64,000 nucleotides of DNA from a virus. The notes beneath the pieces are model-generated. The model searched no databases, was not told the DNA's origin, and was given only the letters and a program-made list of their open reading frames with translations. The stretch spans positions 2,537 through 66,536 of IMG/VR virus record IMGVR_UViG_3300035661_001697, one strand, 5' to 3'. How positions within the stretch are numbered: the stretch's first letter is position 1; each line of letters opens with the position of its first letter. A program made the translations under genes and the position numbers. Below are positions 29,693-39,307 of this stretch, in pieces.

Positions 29693-29694
29693 GT

Positions 29695-31092
29695 ATGAAA
29701 AATTTACTCAAAGAGACAGGATTACAAGACATTAACAATTTAGCTAAAAGATATCCAAAATCTGAAATATATTTTCATCAAGATTTGGATGGAGTGACAA
29801 CCGCAATTGCAATGAAAAAATACCTTGAAGACAATGGTATTGATGTGGTAGGGGCTCACATAATCCAATACGGTGACAAAGAATTCGCAGTTAAAAAGAA
29901 CGACGCACAGGGAGATGTGATGCCGGTTCTTGTGGACTTTGCTCACGGTAAGCCAATGTTTGTAATTCATACGGACCACCACGATAAACAAGTTGGGGTT
30001 GAAAAAAACACATCAACACAATTTAGAGGGGCTCGTTCAAATGTAGAAACAATATCTCAAGTAGTGTCTCCAAAAGACTTGTTTCCGTCTTCAGATATCT
30101 TATTAATTAATACTGTTGACTCAGCAGATTACGCTAAATATAATATCACACCTGATGAAGTTGTTAATTATATTTACCGTTTGGATAAAGAAAAACCACT
30201 CCAACAAAACAAAATGTTATTAGGATTGGTTATTAATAAATTGTTGTTAGCGTTTAAAAACAAACCAGGTTTTTTAGAAGGATTGGTTATGGATTCTGAA
30301 CCATCTTTAATGTCTATTTTAAATAACATTAAAAATTGGATGAAAAAAACAAATGCCGCAAATCCAGAAGAATTACAAAAAAATGCTGAGGGATATAAAG
30401 ATAATATGAAAAACTTTCCAAGAGTTAGTGATAGTATTATTTTTCAATATGGTGGTGGTAGTATGTTTAAACCTGGTTCTTATGATAGATACACACCATT
30501 TAGAAATAATCCTGACGCCGACTTTTTAATTATGGCTTGGCCTATGGGATTGGTTCAAGCTTCTTGTAACCCTTTTAAGAAAGACAGAGAACTTAAAGGT
30601 GTTAATCTTGGTGAAATAGCTCAAGAAGTATTATCAAAATGGGAGGGACAACTAAAACAAAGAACAATTCCTTTATCAACTATTAAATGGGTTAGTGAAA
30701 CTTCTGTAGGTCCTGAAAGTATTGGATTTACATTCAACGATTTTGAAGCACTATATGGCGATAAATTTACAACTATGGAAGGTGGTGAAAAAGTTTTAGA
30801 CCATATTCAAGATATGATGGAAACATCATTCAAAGATTTAACCGAAGAACATAAAGATATGTTAGATAAAATTGGAATCAACGCTTGGGATTTAATTCAA
30901 TCAAATTCAGGTGGACACAAATGTATTACAAACATTTCTGGTTTAAATTATTTAGGTAGAGGTAAAAGACCACCTCAAGGACAATATAAGTATGATTCTG
31001 AGAAAGATGATTCACCTTCAGTTAAGTTTACAAAGATGATTGCGAATGAGTTTGAAAGAAAACTTAAAGAAAAAATCGCAGAATCAAAGTAA
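29695..31092 (+). CDS. DHH-family phosphoesterase-like protein
   Basis: HQDLDG, VDFAH, TDHH, C-terminal GGH. Confidence 0.75.
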   Translation: MKNLLKETGLQDINNLAKRYPKSEIYFHQDLDGVTTAIAMKKYLEDNGIDVVGAHIIQYGDKEFAVKKNDAQGDVMPVLVDFAHGKPMFVIHTDHHDKQVGVEKNTSTQFRGARSNVETISQVVSPKDLFPSSDILLINTVDSADYAKYNITPDEVVNYIYRLDKEKPLQQNKMLLGLVINKLLLAFKNKPGFLEGLVMDSEPSLMSILNNIKNWMKKTNAANPEELQKNAEGYKDNMKNFPRVSDSIIFQYGGGSMFKPGSYDRYTPFRNNPDADFLIMAWPMGLVQASCNPFKKDRELKGVNLGEIAQEVLSKWEGQLKQRTIPLSTIKWVSETSVGPESIGFTFNDFEALYGDKFTTMEGGEKVLDHIQDMMETSFKDLTEEHKDMLDKIGINAWDLIQSNSGGHKCITNISGLNYLGRGKRPPQGQYKYDSEKDDSPSVKFTKMIANEFERKLKEKIAESK

Positions 31093-31431
31093 GTATTCAA
31101 CGGTATCACCTGGTTCAATATTCAAATATTCACAGGTTCCACCTTCAAGTTCCAAAACAATATTTCCGTTTCCACCATAACTAGGACATTTATTTCCACG
31201 ACACGGAGGACAATCATGGTGTATATTAACGATTACGTTATTACGGATAATGATAATGTCTAAGTTAATTATACAATTCTTCATCCAAAAAGATTGTTTG
31301 TCTCCACCGATTAAAAATAATAGACCGTCAAAAGTATTATCAAATGTTCTACCCATCATTCCAATAGATTGAGATTCTTTATCTACCAAAGTTTTAACAT
31401 TAAAAATATTGTCGTTGATTCTAACTTCCAT
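31084..31431 (-). CDS. DUF192 family protein
   Basis: GMMGR..GLLF..FWMKNC..LDII..PPC..Y..VLELEGG....I.PGD. Confidence 0.85.
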   Translation of the reverse strand: MEVRINDNIFNVKTLVDKESQSIGMMGRTFDNTFDGLLFLIGGDKQSFWMKNCIINLDIIIIRNNVIVNIHHDCPPCRGNKCPSYGGNGNIVLELEGGTCEYLNIEPGDTVEYLL

Positions 31432-31489
31432 ACATATAAATACAAATAATTGTGGAAGATATGTTAATTTGAACTTTTTTTGAAAAAAA

Positions 31490-31895
31490 TTTGACTTTTA
31501 TGTATAAATGTAGTACTTTTGAAATTGTTGGGCATATTTATAGTTTCCGTGAGAAATGACGGACATCCCCAAAACGTTTCACAATATATATTTGGCAAAA
31601 TGAGAATTTTGTTTTAACTTTGTGAAACAATTGAGATGAGAGTCTCGAAAAAAAAAATGTCCCATAGGCATTTGATTATTTGAAAAAATAATTTTATCTT
31701 TGTGGGACATTACTTTAAAAGTTCTTTAAACTAATATATTGTAGGGTAGAAGATTGGTGGTTCATATGTATAACTATAAGTCTGAGGTTCAAATTCTCCC
31801 TTTGTAAATAAAGAAAAAAAAAAGTTTAAAAAAGATTTGGAAAATTGAAAAAGTCTACTTATCTTTGTGAAACAATTAAGAAAACGTTCTTTGAA
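31490..31895 (+). promoter_or_regulatory. array of four tandem Bacteroidota promoters plus two boxA-like sites
   Basis: TTTG-N20-TAnnTTTG at 31490/31514, 31591/31615, 31671/31695, 31836/31860; GTTCTTTAAA at 31721 and GTTCTTTGAA at 31886. Confidence 0.75.
31740..31807 (+). pseudogene. degenerate tRNA (possibly Met-derived)
   Basis: TGTAGGG-TAGA..TTGGT D-arm remnant, GGTTCAAAT T-loop, CCCTTTGTAA acceptor remnant; anticodon arm eroded. Confidence 0.5.
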
Positions 31896-31900
31896 TTAAA

Positions 31901-32712
31901 GATATTGGGCGGTCTATAGTCCATAAAATAAACCATGAAAGTGGTATAAAGTGAATCATTTGGTTAAGTGGTTTGCGGCTTCCGAAAGGGAGCTCGAGTA
32001 GACAAGCGAGATATCGTTAGACCTTGAGTACCGAGGGTGACACTGTAGGGAAACTGGTTTAATGACCAAGCGATGTGGGTCGTTTGGTTGAGGTGGGAAC
32101 ACCAATAAGAATAACTCGTAGAATTATTGTAAGACACATGGTTATCCAACCATACTATTGCGTGATTCAATATTAGAGTAGGTTTAAAACCGAAAGGTAA
32201 GAAGTCGTACAGGTGGTGCTGGTGATTCCTTCTTAAAATTTCTACCAAGAAATTTAAGATGAAACAAACTTGAAATATGAAGATAGGGATATCTTAGGGA
32301 GTAGTTAAGTATCGTGTTGTTCAAAAAATGACATGGCTTGGTCGGCGAACCGCTACTTTCATCATCCACAACCGCAAACTTTGTTAATTAAGGTTTATAA
32401 ACAACTAAAAGACAAGGAAAAGCGTTCGCCAGTCGTGATTGACAGGTCACTACATAGTCATGAAATGTTCATGGCCGTAAAGGGTCCCAAACCCAATACG
32501 ATTGTTGTGAAAGTTCTCTAAGTTCGCAAGACATAATCAGGGTGGCAACCTTGAAGAGCAACGAGTAAAAACAGAGTAGATTACGACTTAAGGATTGGTT
32601 AATCTAATTGACCGTGACTGAGAGGTACTTTTCAAAAGAAAGTGGAAATCGGAGGAAAAAATAATCTCCTGTAAAGTCTCTCGTAAGAAGGTGTATTCTC
32701 AACCTGAAGCCA
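31901..32712 (+). ncRNA. large (~810 nt) structured non-coding RNA, GOLLD-like candidate
   Basis: GC-richer region without credible ORFs, many hairpins with GNRA loops (GCTTCC-GAAA-GGGAGC, ACC-GAAA-GGT, GCAA-capped hairpins), bounded by promoter/boxA and a terminator, next to a tRNA remnant. Confidence 0.75.
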
Positions 32713-32714
32713 AG

Positions 32715-32744
32715 AACCCCGACAAGAAATTGTTGGGGTTTTTT
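32715..32744 (+). terminator. intrinsic terminator of the ncRNA
   Basis: AACCCCGACAA-GAAA-TTGTTGGGGTT plus T-run. Confidence 0.8.
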
Positions 32745-32766
32745 GTTTTATCATATATTTATTAAT

Positions 32767-33333
32767 ATGAAAATAGTAATAACTGAACAACAATTCAAAA
32801 ACATATTTGAGAATAATTCAAAAGAACAACTGACAGAAAAATGTTGGAGCGGTTATAAGCAAAAAGGAATGAAGACAATGTTTGGTAAGCGATATCCAAA
32901 TTGTGTTAAGAATGAATCTGAAGAAACAAATGAGGCTTCAAGTCCAGCACAACAAGCAGCAATTGCCATCAATATGAAGAAGAAGGGTATTGCACCCAAA
33001 AATAAAACTTTACATGAAGATGAATATGGTTCAGTTGAGGAGACCAACTTTGTTGTTGGTGATTTATTAACCGAAGCTGAATATCAGGGAAGGAAAGTTC
33101 AGTTAGGTAAGATAATGCAAGGTGACATTAAAAAGTCCAAAGTATATGTTAAAAATGATAAAGGTAAGGTTGTTAAGGTAAACTTTGGTTTTGGTGGAAA
33201 ATCGGCCAAAGGTAAAATAATGAGGATTAAGAAGAATAATCCTGAAAGAAGAAAATCATTTAGAGCAAGACACAATTGTGATACTCCTGGTCCAAGATGG
33301 AAACCAAAATATTGGGCATGTCGAACATGGTAA
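32767..33333 (+). CDS. leader-bearing protein with modules seen in T4-like phage proteins
   Basis: MKIVITEQQF; CWSGY...PNCV; EAEYQGRKV...KVNFG...RARHNC...YWACRTW; modules separated by LTE/TNE/LHE. Confidence 0.75.
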   Translation: MKIVITEQQFKNIFENNSKEQLTEKCWSGYKQKGMKTMFGKRYPNCVKNESEETNEASSPAQQAAIAINMKKKGIAPKNKTLHEDEYGSVEETNFVVGDLLTEAEYQGRKVQLGKIMQGDIKKSKVYVKNDKGKVVKVNFGFGGKSAKGKIMRIKKNNPERRKSFRARHNCDTPGPRWKPKYWACRTW

Positions 33334-33337
33334 TGTT

Positions 33338-33366
33338 AATCCCTCACAGAAATGTGGGGGTTTTTT
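33338..33366 (+). terminator. intrinsic terminator
   Basis: AATCCCTCACA-GAAA-TGTGGGGGTT plus T-run; related copy at 40787-40814. Confidence 0.7.
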
Positions 33367-33435
33367 ATATTTAAACATTAAAATAATTTTTTAAATATAT
33401 ATTTTTTACTATCTTTGTATTCTAAATCAAAGGAT

Positions 33436-33717
33436 ATGAACATGGCATCACACAACATCAAGATTCAACACGAGACTTTTGGACTATTATTGAACGAGAC
33501 ATTTGTTAACAATACCCAATTCAAGTTATTCTTGAAGATGGTACAAGGATGTATTGAGTTAAAGAATGATTTGACATTTTTCAACGGAATGGATTTCCTT
33601 GTTCATATTCCTCACAAACACTTGGTGAGTTCAATTATTACAACTAACGTGGATGCTTATACATTGGCAGAGCATTTGGTTGCCAAATCTAAATTGGAGG
33701 CACTAGAAACAAAATGA
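33436..33717 (+). CDS. hypothetical protein
   Basis: ORF behind TATCTTTG (33410). Confidence 0.65.
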   Translation: MNMASHNIKIQHETFGLLLNETFVNNTQFKLFLKMVQGCIELKNDLTFFNGMDFLVHIPHKHLVSSIITTNVDAYTLAEHLVAKSKLEALETK

Positions 33718-33971
33718 GTTTATTAGTTAAATTAATAAAAATTGCAATTGGAGTTGGAGTAGTATATGCTGCATACAAGATTGGTGAAAGTGATGGTAAA
33801 AACAAAGAAAAAGACAATTTGGCTGAGGTTAAAACTGATTTGGATGTGGAAATTAATTTCATTGAGGGGTTAATTGAAGAATATCAGGTTATGCCAAATA
33901 AAACTCAGAAAGAGTGGGATAATAAACAAATGTTAGAAATTAAATTGGAGCAGTTAAAACGAAAGTTATGA
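33714..33971 (+). CDS. membrane-anchored hypothetical protein
   Basis: N-terminal TM, ATGA coupling. Confidence 0.6.
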   Translation: MSLLVKLIKIAIGVGVVYAAYKIGESDGKNKEKDNLAEVKTDLDVEINFIEGLIEEYQVMPNKTQKEWDNKQMLEIKLEQLKRKL

Positions 33972-34282
33972 TAACTATTGACGACATAAAGAAATGGGCA
34001 AAACCACACCCAAACACAAAGTTTAGTGGTGGTACTGGTAAACAAACTCGATTTGGTAACAACAAAGTTGAATTTTCTATTGTAGGCGGGGATACTAGAC
34101 TTTATGGTAATTTTGAGAATACTTTTGAGGTCGCAATTTTTGATGTTGAGTCAAGAGATTTTATTACCCGATTTTTTTATCCTGAAGCAAGTGATGATGT
34201 AATTGGGTGGATGTCGAGTGAAGAAGTTGAAAAACTAGTTAACTCGGTAATTAAAAGAGAAGACCTTAGTATTGAGGTATAG
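33968..34282 (+). CDS. hypothetical phage protein
   Basis: SIVGG..LYG....FEVA...DVIGW motif. Confidence 0.65.
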   Translation: MITIDDIKKWAKPHPNTKFSGGTGKQTRFGNNKVEFSIVGGDTRLYGNFENTFEVAIFDVESRDFITRFFYPEASDDVIGWMSSEEVEKLVNSVIKREDLSIEV

Positions 34283-34336
34283 TTTACTTGTTTAGAAAAA
34301 CAAGGTGGTGGAAGTCTGACATATCCTGTCGGTCCC

Positions 34337-34364
34337 AAAAGAGAGGCTTCGGTCTCTCTTTTTT
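34337..34364. terminator. bidirectional terminator
   Basis: AAAAGAGAGG-C(TTCG)G-TCTCTCTTTT between convergent genes. Confidence 0.75.
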
Positions 34365-34884
34365 ATTGTTCGGAGTCAAAGTATATCATAAAACCAGTTT
34401 GTTTGTATACTTCTAATTTGACATCATCTTGAATTAAATCTATTAACTCATCCCATTCACCTATTTCACCTAAACCTACTTCGTCATATGCGTCTTCAAT
34501 AGTAATACGTTCATTATCCTCACCCCAAACTATTCCACTATCACCCCAACTATAATCTACCTCAACAGACCATGGTAATCTGTATGGATTTCTAAAAGAA
34601 TTCTTATCAAATTCAACAATATCAAACGAATTTATTATCAGGTAAACATAATCACCATTTCCATAATTTAACATAACTTTAAATCCTGGACTTGACATCA
34701 GACCCAATTTAGAAAAAGTTTGTTGAATAAAATTGGTGGTACCAGATACTCCCAAGTTTAATACTAAATCCTTTTGAAACTCGTGAGGTGTGTAATCAAC
34801 ATACTTGGACACACTCAATAAGTTTTCTGTTTGATTTGGATAATCAATTGATTTAAGAAATTTCAAATATTGTTTAAACTCCAT
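34363..34884 (-). CDS. hypothetical protein
   Basis: 173-aa ORF. Confidence 0.65.
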   Translation of the reverse strand: MEFKQYLKFLKSIDYPNQTENLLSVSKYVDYTPHEFQKDLVLNLGVSGTTNFIQQTFSKLGLMSSPGFKVMLNYGNGDYVYLIINSFDIVEFDKNSFRNPYRLPWSVEVDYSWGDSGIVWGEDNERITIEDAYDEVGLGEIGEWDELIDLIQDDVKLEVYKQTGFMIYFDSEQ

Positions 34885-34886
34885 AA

Positions 34887-35675
34887 TTAAAGTTTATAAG
34901 ATAAAAAATCTTCATAATCTGACCAATATATATTTAAAGATGAGCTGTCAGATACTATTAGGTTTATTTCATTTAAATAGGAAATACAATAAACTTGATT
35001 AATCTCAACAAAATTTCTTAATTCGGAGTTATTTTCTGTACTCATTAAAACAATATATTCATCACCTAAACGGTCAAAGTCATATTCAGACATTGCCGGT
35101 TCATTTGTTTTTTCATTTAATTTAAATTGAGTTTTTACTTCGTTGTCCCAAGTACAAATGTAATGGTGTATATATGTTAATTCGTCTGTTTCGAATTCAC
35201 CATCACCATCACATTCACTACATTCTACCTCACCAACACCATTACATTCACCACATGTTTCTGTTCCATTACCACTACATCTACGGCAAGTATTACCATC
35301 AATACCTTCACCATCACCACCACAGCCATCACAATCTTCATAACCATTACTATCACATTTCCCACAACCCTCAATTCCACTTCCCTCACAAAAGTCACAT
35401 TCAATATTTGTATAATATCCTGTAGTGTAAAATACAGATGCGAATGATAATTTATTTATCATATCATCACCCATTTTGAAATCACCAGTTTTTTTAAGTG
35501 AAAAAATGTATAGGACTATTTTAATTATTGAATCACCACCAAGAGCATTAAAATATGCTTGTTGGGATTTATATATTTGTGAGTTAAATATATCAAATAC
35601 CTGTTGAGGACTTCTTACCTTATTTGAAAATAATTCAGATACGTTCTTGGATAACCTTTTTAATTTATCGTTCAT
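34887..35675 (-). CDS. protein with DnaJ-type CxxCxGxG zinc-finger repeats and no J domain
   Basis: Six CxxCxGxG-like repeats. Confidence 0.7.
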   Translation of the reverse strand: MNDKLKRLSKNVSELFSNKVRSPQQVFDIFNSQIYKSQQAYFNALGGDSIIKIVLYIFSLKKTGDFKMGDDMINKLSFASVFYTTGYYTNIECDFCEGSGIEGCGKCDSNGYEDCDGCGGDGEGIDGNTCRRCSGNGTETCGECNGVGEVECSECDGDGEFETDELTYIHHYICTWDNEVKTQFKLNEKTNEPAMSEYDFDRLGDEYIVLMSTENNSELRNFVEINQVYCISYLNEINLIVSDSSSLNIYWSDYEDFLSYKL

Positions 35676-36112
35676 TAGTCAGGATATGTAATAAATGTTG
35701 CCAATGATAAAGTGTGTGTGTCCTCATAAACATAGTTCATTCTATAAATAAATGGGTCTGAAACATAACAATGTGAGTCACCTGAAACAATTTTACCTTC
35801 TTGGGTTGGGGTATATTGTTTGATTACAGAAATAAATTCATTACACATAATCTTTAAGTCACGGGTAAAGGTATATACATCATCCCCATCAAGAGCTCCT
35901 TCGTATTCAAAATCCACTTGGATATTAACTCTTTCAATAATCCACACACCATCTGTATTTTTCATTTTTTCCAACTCAATGTCTATATCACTGGAAATAA
36001 ACCCTTTTTGTTCAAACTCCATTTTGTATAAGTATTTCAACTTATCCGTCAAACGTTCTAATTTACTTAAAAAATCCGTCAAAATTTCTAATTTATTTTC
36101 ATTATCTCTCAT
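35675..36112 (-). CDS. hypothetical protein
   Basis: 145-aa ORF; TATTTAT (minus) at 36117-36123. Confidence 0.65.
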   Translation of the reverse strand: MRDNENKLEILTDFLSKLERLTDKLKYLYKMEFEQKGFISSDIDIELEKMKNTDGVWIIERVNIQVDFEYEGALDGDDVYTFTRDLKIMCNEFISVIKQYTPTQEGKIVSGDSHCYVSDPFIYRMNYVYEDTHTLSLATFITYPD

Positions 36113-36177
36113 AACAATAAATAGGTTTATTTTTTAAAAATTAACTATTATATTTATAATATAAAAAAACTATTATT

Positions 36178-36333
36178 ATGTCTGAATATATTATAATTGA
36201 AAAACAAGAAATTTTAGATAATCCAAATGATTCTGAATTGGGTAAACTTATTAGATTAAAATACCTTAAATCAGCTAAAAACGAAGAATGTCCAATATGT
36301 GGGGAAGAAAAAAAATGTTGTGATAATAAATAA
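36178..36333 (+). CDS. small protein with CPICG..CC motif (51 aa)
   Basis: MSEYIIIEKQE...; TATTTAT at 36151. Confidence 0.55.
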   Translation: MSEYIIIEKQEILDNPNDSELGKLIRLKYLKSAKNEECPICGEEKKCCDNK

Positions 36334-36394
36334 AAATGTTTTAAATTTTATAATAAACACAATTATAAACTAATTATATATAAAATATAACACA

Positions 36395-37777
36395 ATGGGA
36401 TATAAAAGATTATTATTAAACGAATTAGAAAAAAAAGAAATCCGAGGAATGTACGGGTTATTAACTGAACAAAGATTATTAACAGAACAAAGATTTGTTG
36501 CTGGAAAGGGAGGTAGTGTAAGAATACCATGTTTATATGGACCTGGATATCAGTCATTAAAACATACAGATAAATCGGGGAAGGAATATGATAACGAAAT
36601 TTTATTAAATCCTGTTATTGAAGAGGCTGCGGAATTTTTAAGAAATAACGTAGGATGGATTCCTAAAGTTACTGTTACTTCGGGAGAATCTATTATCCCT
36701 AATTATGACTCAGAATACCAAACCGGGTCTAAACCCTCCGGATGGTTAAGTGAGGCAAGAAAAAACAAAATTAAAGCTTATGTTGACCGTCAATTAAAAA
36801 CTTTAAAAGTTAGTAAACCTGCTCAAGTTGTGTATTTTTTTCAAGAAGCCAAACTACTTAAAGAACCAAGTGGAGGTTGGCCGGACTATAGTAAATGGAA
36901 AAAATCAACTCAAGAAGAAAAAAATGTAAATCCAAAAAACAGAGAATATACTAATTTAAAAATGGGATATGACAAAGACCAATTTACTGAGGTAAATTTT
37001 AGTGTTGTTCCCGATTTAGGACCTTATCAATGTACACTTAATGTTAGAATTGGTGTTCATTATGACGATATAAGAATACGTCATACCTGCGATGACGCAA
37101 GATTTCAAATATTAGCAAATGGGATTCCATTAAAGACATCCCAAGGAACAACTTGTGGCGCTGGGTTAGGTTACGCCGATATGAATAATGGTGGAGGTCA
37201 GTTAGATTGTAAAGGAAATAAAGATAGTGGTGGTTTAAGATTTAATTATTTCAAGTTAGATAATAAATCATTAATTGATTCAATCATGGCTGCGGATAAG
37301 ACTAAGCTGGGGCATATAAGACTAACCACTAAATGTATTCCTAATACTGTTAATAATAGTAAAGGTGGGGGATGTCACACAGATGTCCCACATATCACAG
37401 TTAATGACACCGATGGTAAACTAACGGTTGACACATATCCAAAGGCAAACGACGCATATTTAGTTACATTAGATAAGTGTGGTAAATTGATTTCTGGTGG
37501 TGGTGGTAGTGTAAAAGTAAGTGATGATGTTAAGGGTAAACCCACAGAAACAAACAAATCTGTAGGCCGAAAACTTCCTTTTGCCGCAGCAAAAACAGGA
37601 ACTTTAACTACAGACCAATCTATTAATAATTTGGTTAATAATGGTAGTATACAAAAAAATAAAGATGGTACTTATACGGTATTAAAAACTTTTGGGGTAA
37701 GTCCAAACATTTATAAACCAAATGACATCATTGCAAAGATATTACCAAAAGGTAGTGAAATAATCTTTCCAAGTTAG
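36395..37777 (+). CDS. leader-bearing Cys/Gly-rich hypothetical protein
   Basis: RLLLNE...LLTEQRLLTEQ N-terminus; 460 aa. Confidence 0.7.
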   Translation: MGYKRLLLNELEKKEIRGMYGLLTEQRLLTEQRFVAGKGGSVRIPCLYGPGYQSLKHTDKSGKEYDNEILLNPVIEEAAEFLRNNVGWIPKVTVTSGESIIPNYDSEYQTGSKPSGWLSEARKNKIKAYVDRQLKTLKVSKPAQVVYFFQEAKLLKEPSGGWPDYSKWKKSTQEEKNVNPKNREYTNLKMGYDKDQFTEVNFSVVPDLGPYQCTLNVRIGVHYDDIRIRHTCDDARFQILANGIPLKTSQGTTCGAGLGYADMNNGGGQLDCKGNKDSGGLRFNYFKLDNKSLIDSIMAADKTKLGHIRLTTKCIPNTVNNSKGGGCHTDVPHITVNDTDGKLTVDTYPKANDAYLVTLDKCGKLISGGGGSVKVSDDVKGKPTETNKSVGRKLPFAAAKTGTLTTDQSINNLVNNGSIQKNKDGTYTVLKTFGVSPNIYKPNDIIAKILPKGSEIIFPS

Positions 37778-37812
37778 TAGAAAATAAAATGGGGGTTAAT
37801 GACCCCCAATTC

Positions 37813-38208
37813 CTATTCAATATCACCATAATAGTGGTAAGAATCTTTATCATCATCAACAATAATTGTAATTGATGTGTTATCTATACACGGTGATGTA
37901 AAGTAAGTTACGACATATGTTTTATTAGATTTCAATTCCATAGAGTAAAAAGAATTTATACCAGGGTTTGACTCTTTTGAACCTAAGAATTTGTACACCA
38001 TCTCAGTACCTTCACTTTTAATTATTAAAGAATCTCCACCAATTAAAACGGTTGGTGAACTTAACAACACTGGATAAACCCATGTTGATGTGCTATCAGT
38101 GACTGAGTGGCCAATACCCAAATATTTAACTTTTATTTTATAGGTGTCTTGAGACAAACAAAATATTGTTGTTAAAGACAATAACGAGGTAATAATTAGT
38201 TTTTTCAT
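37813..38208 (-). CDS. secreted hypothetical protein
   Basis: Sec signal MKKLIITSLLSLTTIFCLSQ; TATATTTG promoter (minus) at 38227-38234. Confidence 0.65.
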   Translation of the reverse strand: MKKLIITSLLSLTTIFCLSQDTYKIKVKYLGIGHSVTDSTSTWVYPVLLSSPTVLIGGDSLIIKSEGTEMVYKFLGSKESNPGINSFYSMELKSNKTYVVTYFTSPCIDNTSITIIVDDDKDSYHYYGDIE

Positions 38209-38339
38209 AATGTTTTTATTTTAATACAAATATAAAATAAAGTTTGGTATAAAAAAAATAAAATCTATTTATAATTTAAAATATTTTAAATATATTTAGT
38301 TTTAAGTTAAAAATAAAAATAACTGAGTAAAATATTAAT

Positions 38340-39242
38340 ATGGAAGTAATAGTTACGGGGGCTTATGGATTTATAGGTTCTCATTTTGTGAATAAGTTAA
38401 AAGAGTTAAACCCTGAGTGTAAGGTAACAATAATTGATAAGTTAACATACGCGGCAAATATTGAAAACATTAAATGTGATGTCAACTTTATCCACGAAGA
38501 TATTTGGGATATTAAGTATCTTCATGATTGTGATTATATTGTACATTTTGCGGCTGAAACGCATGTAGATAATTCTATTAAAGACGGACGACCATTTATA
38601 AAAACAAATGTTGAAGGAACTTTTAATTTAGTTGAGTTGGCAAAAAATTTAAAAAGATTAAAAAAATTCATTCACGTATCAACTGATGAGGTTTATGGAG
38701 ACCGGTTAATTGATAGAAAAATGATATTAGCAACAGAAGAATCCAATCTTCACGGAAGTTCTTATTATTCATCTTCAAAAATTGGTTCTGATATGATTGT
38801 TGAAGCCGCAGGAAAAACATTTGGATTACCGTATATTATAACAAGAACATGTAATAACTTTGGAGAGAACCAACACCCTGAGAAAATGTTATCAAAAATT
38901 ATTCAATGTGTTAAGAACGGAGAAACAATCCCTGTTTATGGTGATGGAGAACAAGTAAGAGAATGGATTCATGCGGATGACAATTCAGTGGCAATTTATA
39001 ATTTGTTAATGTCTGATGTAAAAAATGAAGTGTTTAATATAGGGAGTGGTTATAGAATTACAAACAACCAACTTATTGCAAAAGTTGGGGAGGTGATTGG
39101 AAAAACTCCTGAATACAAATATGTGACGGATAGATTGGGGCACGACAAGATGTACGGATTACATTGTGAGAAGTACATTGAAAAATTTGGACCAATTAAA
39201 ACCATCGCATTAGAAGAGTGGTTAAAAAAAATGTTAAAATAA
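38340..39242 (+). CDS. rmlB: dTDP-glucose 4,6-dehydratase
   Basis: GAYGFIGS, DKLTYA, HFAAETHVD, STDEVYG, YSSSK, DRLGHD. Confidence 0.9.
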   Translation: MEVIVTGAYGFIGSHFVNKLKELNPECKVTIIDKLTYAANIENIKCDVNFIHEDIWDIKYLHDCDYIVHFAAETHVDNSIKDGRPFIKTNVEGTFNLVELAKNLKRLKKFIHVSTDEVYGDRLIDRKMILATEESNLHGSSYYSSSKIGSDMIVEAAGKTFGLPYIITRTCNNFGENQHPEKMLSKIIQCVKNGETIPVYGDGEQVREWIHADDNSVAIYNLLMSDVKNEVFNIGSGYRITNNQLIAKVGEVIGKTPEYKYVTDRLGHDKMYGLHCEKYIEKFGPIKTIALEEWLKKMLK

Positions 39243-39307
39243 TTTTAAAATGTTTTGGCAATACTAATATATTAATTATCTTTGTATGAACAAAACCACT
39301 ACAACAT

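Noticed and set aside
31964-32521. Short ORFs 31964-32248(-), 32184-32369(-), 32333-32521(+)
   Set aside because: Atypical composition, no motifs, and they overlap the structured RNA; likely spurious.
31901-32712. rRNA, RNase P or tmRNA
   Set aside because: No universal rRNA motifs, no RNase P P4 consensus and no tRNA-Ala-like ends recognised by eye; a covariance search is still needed.
35174-35425. His-rich 83-aa ORF
   Set aside because: Antisense shadow of the GGT/GAT/TGT-rich zinc-finger gene.
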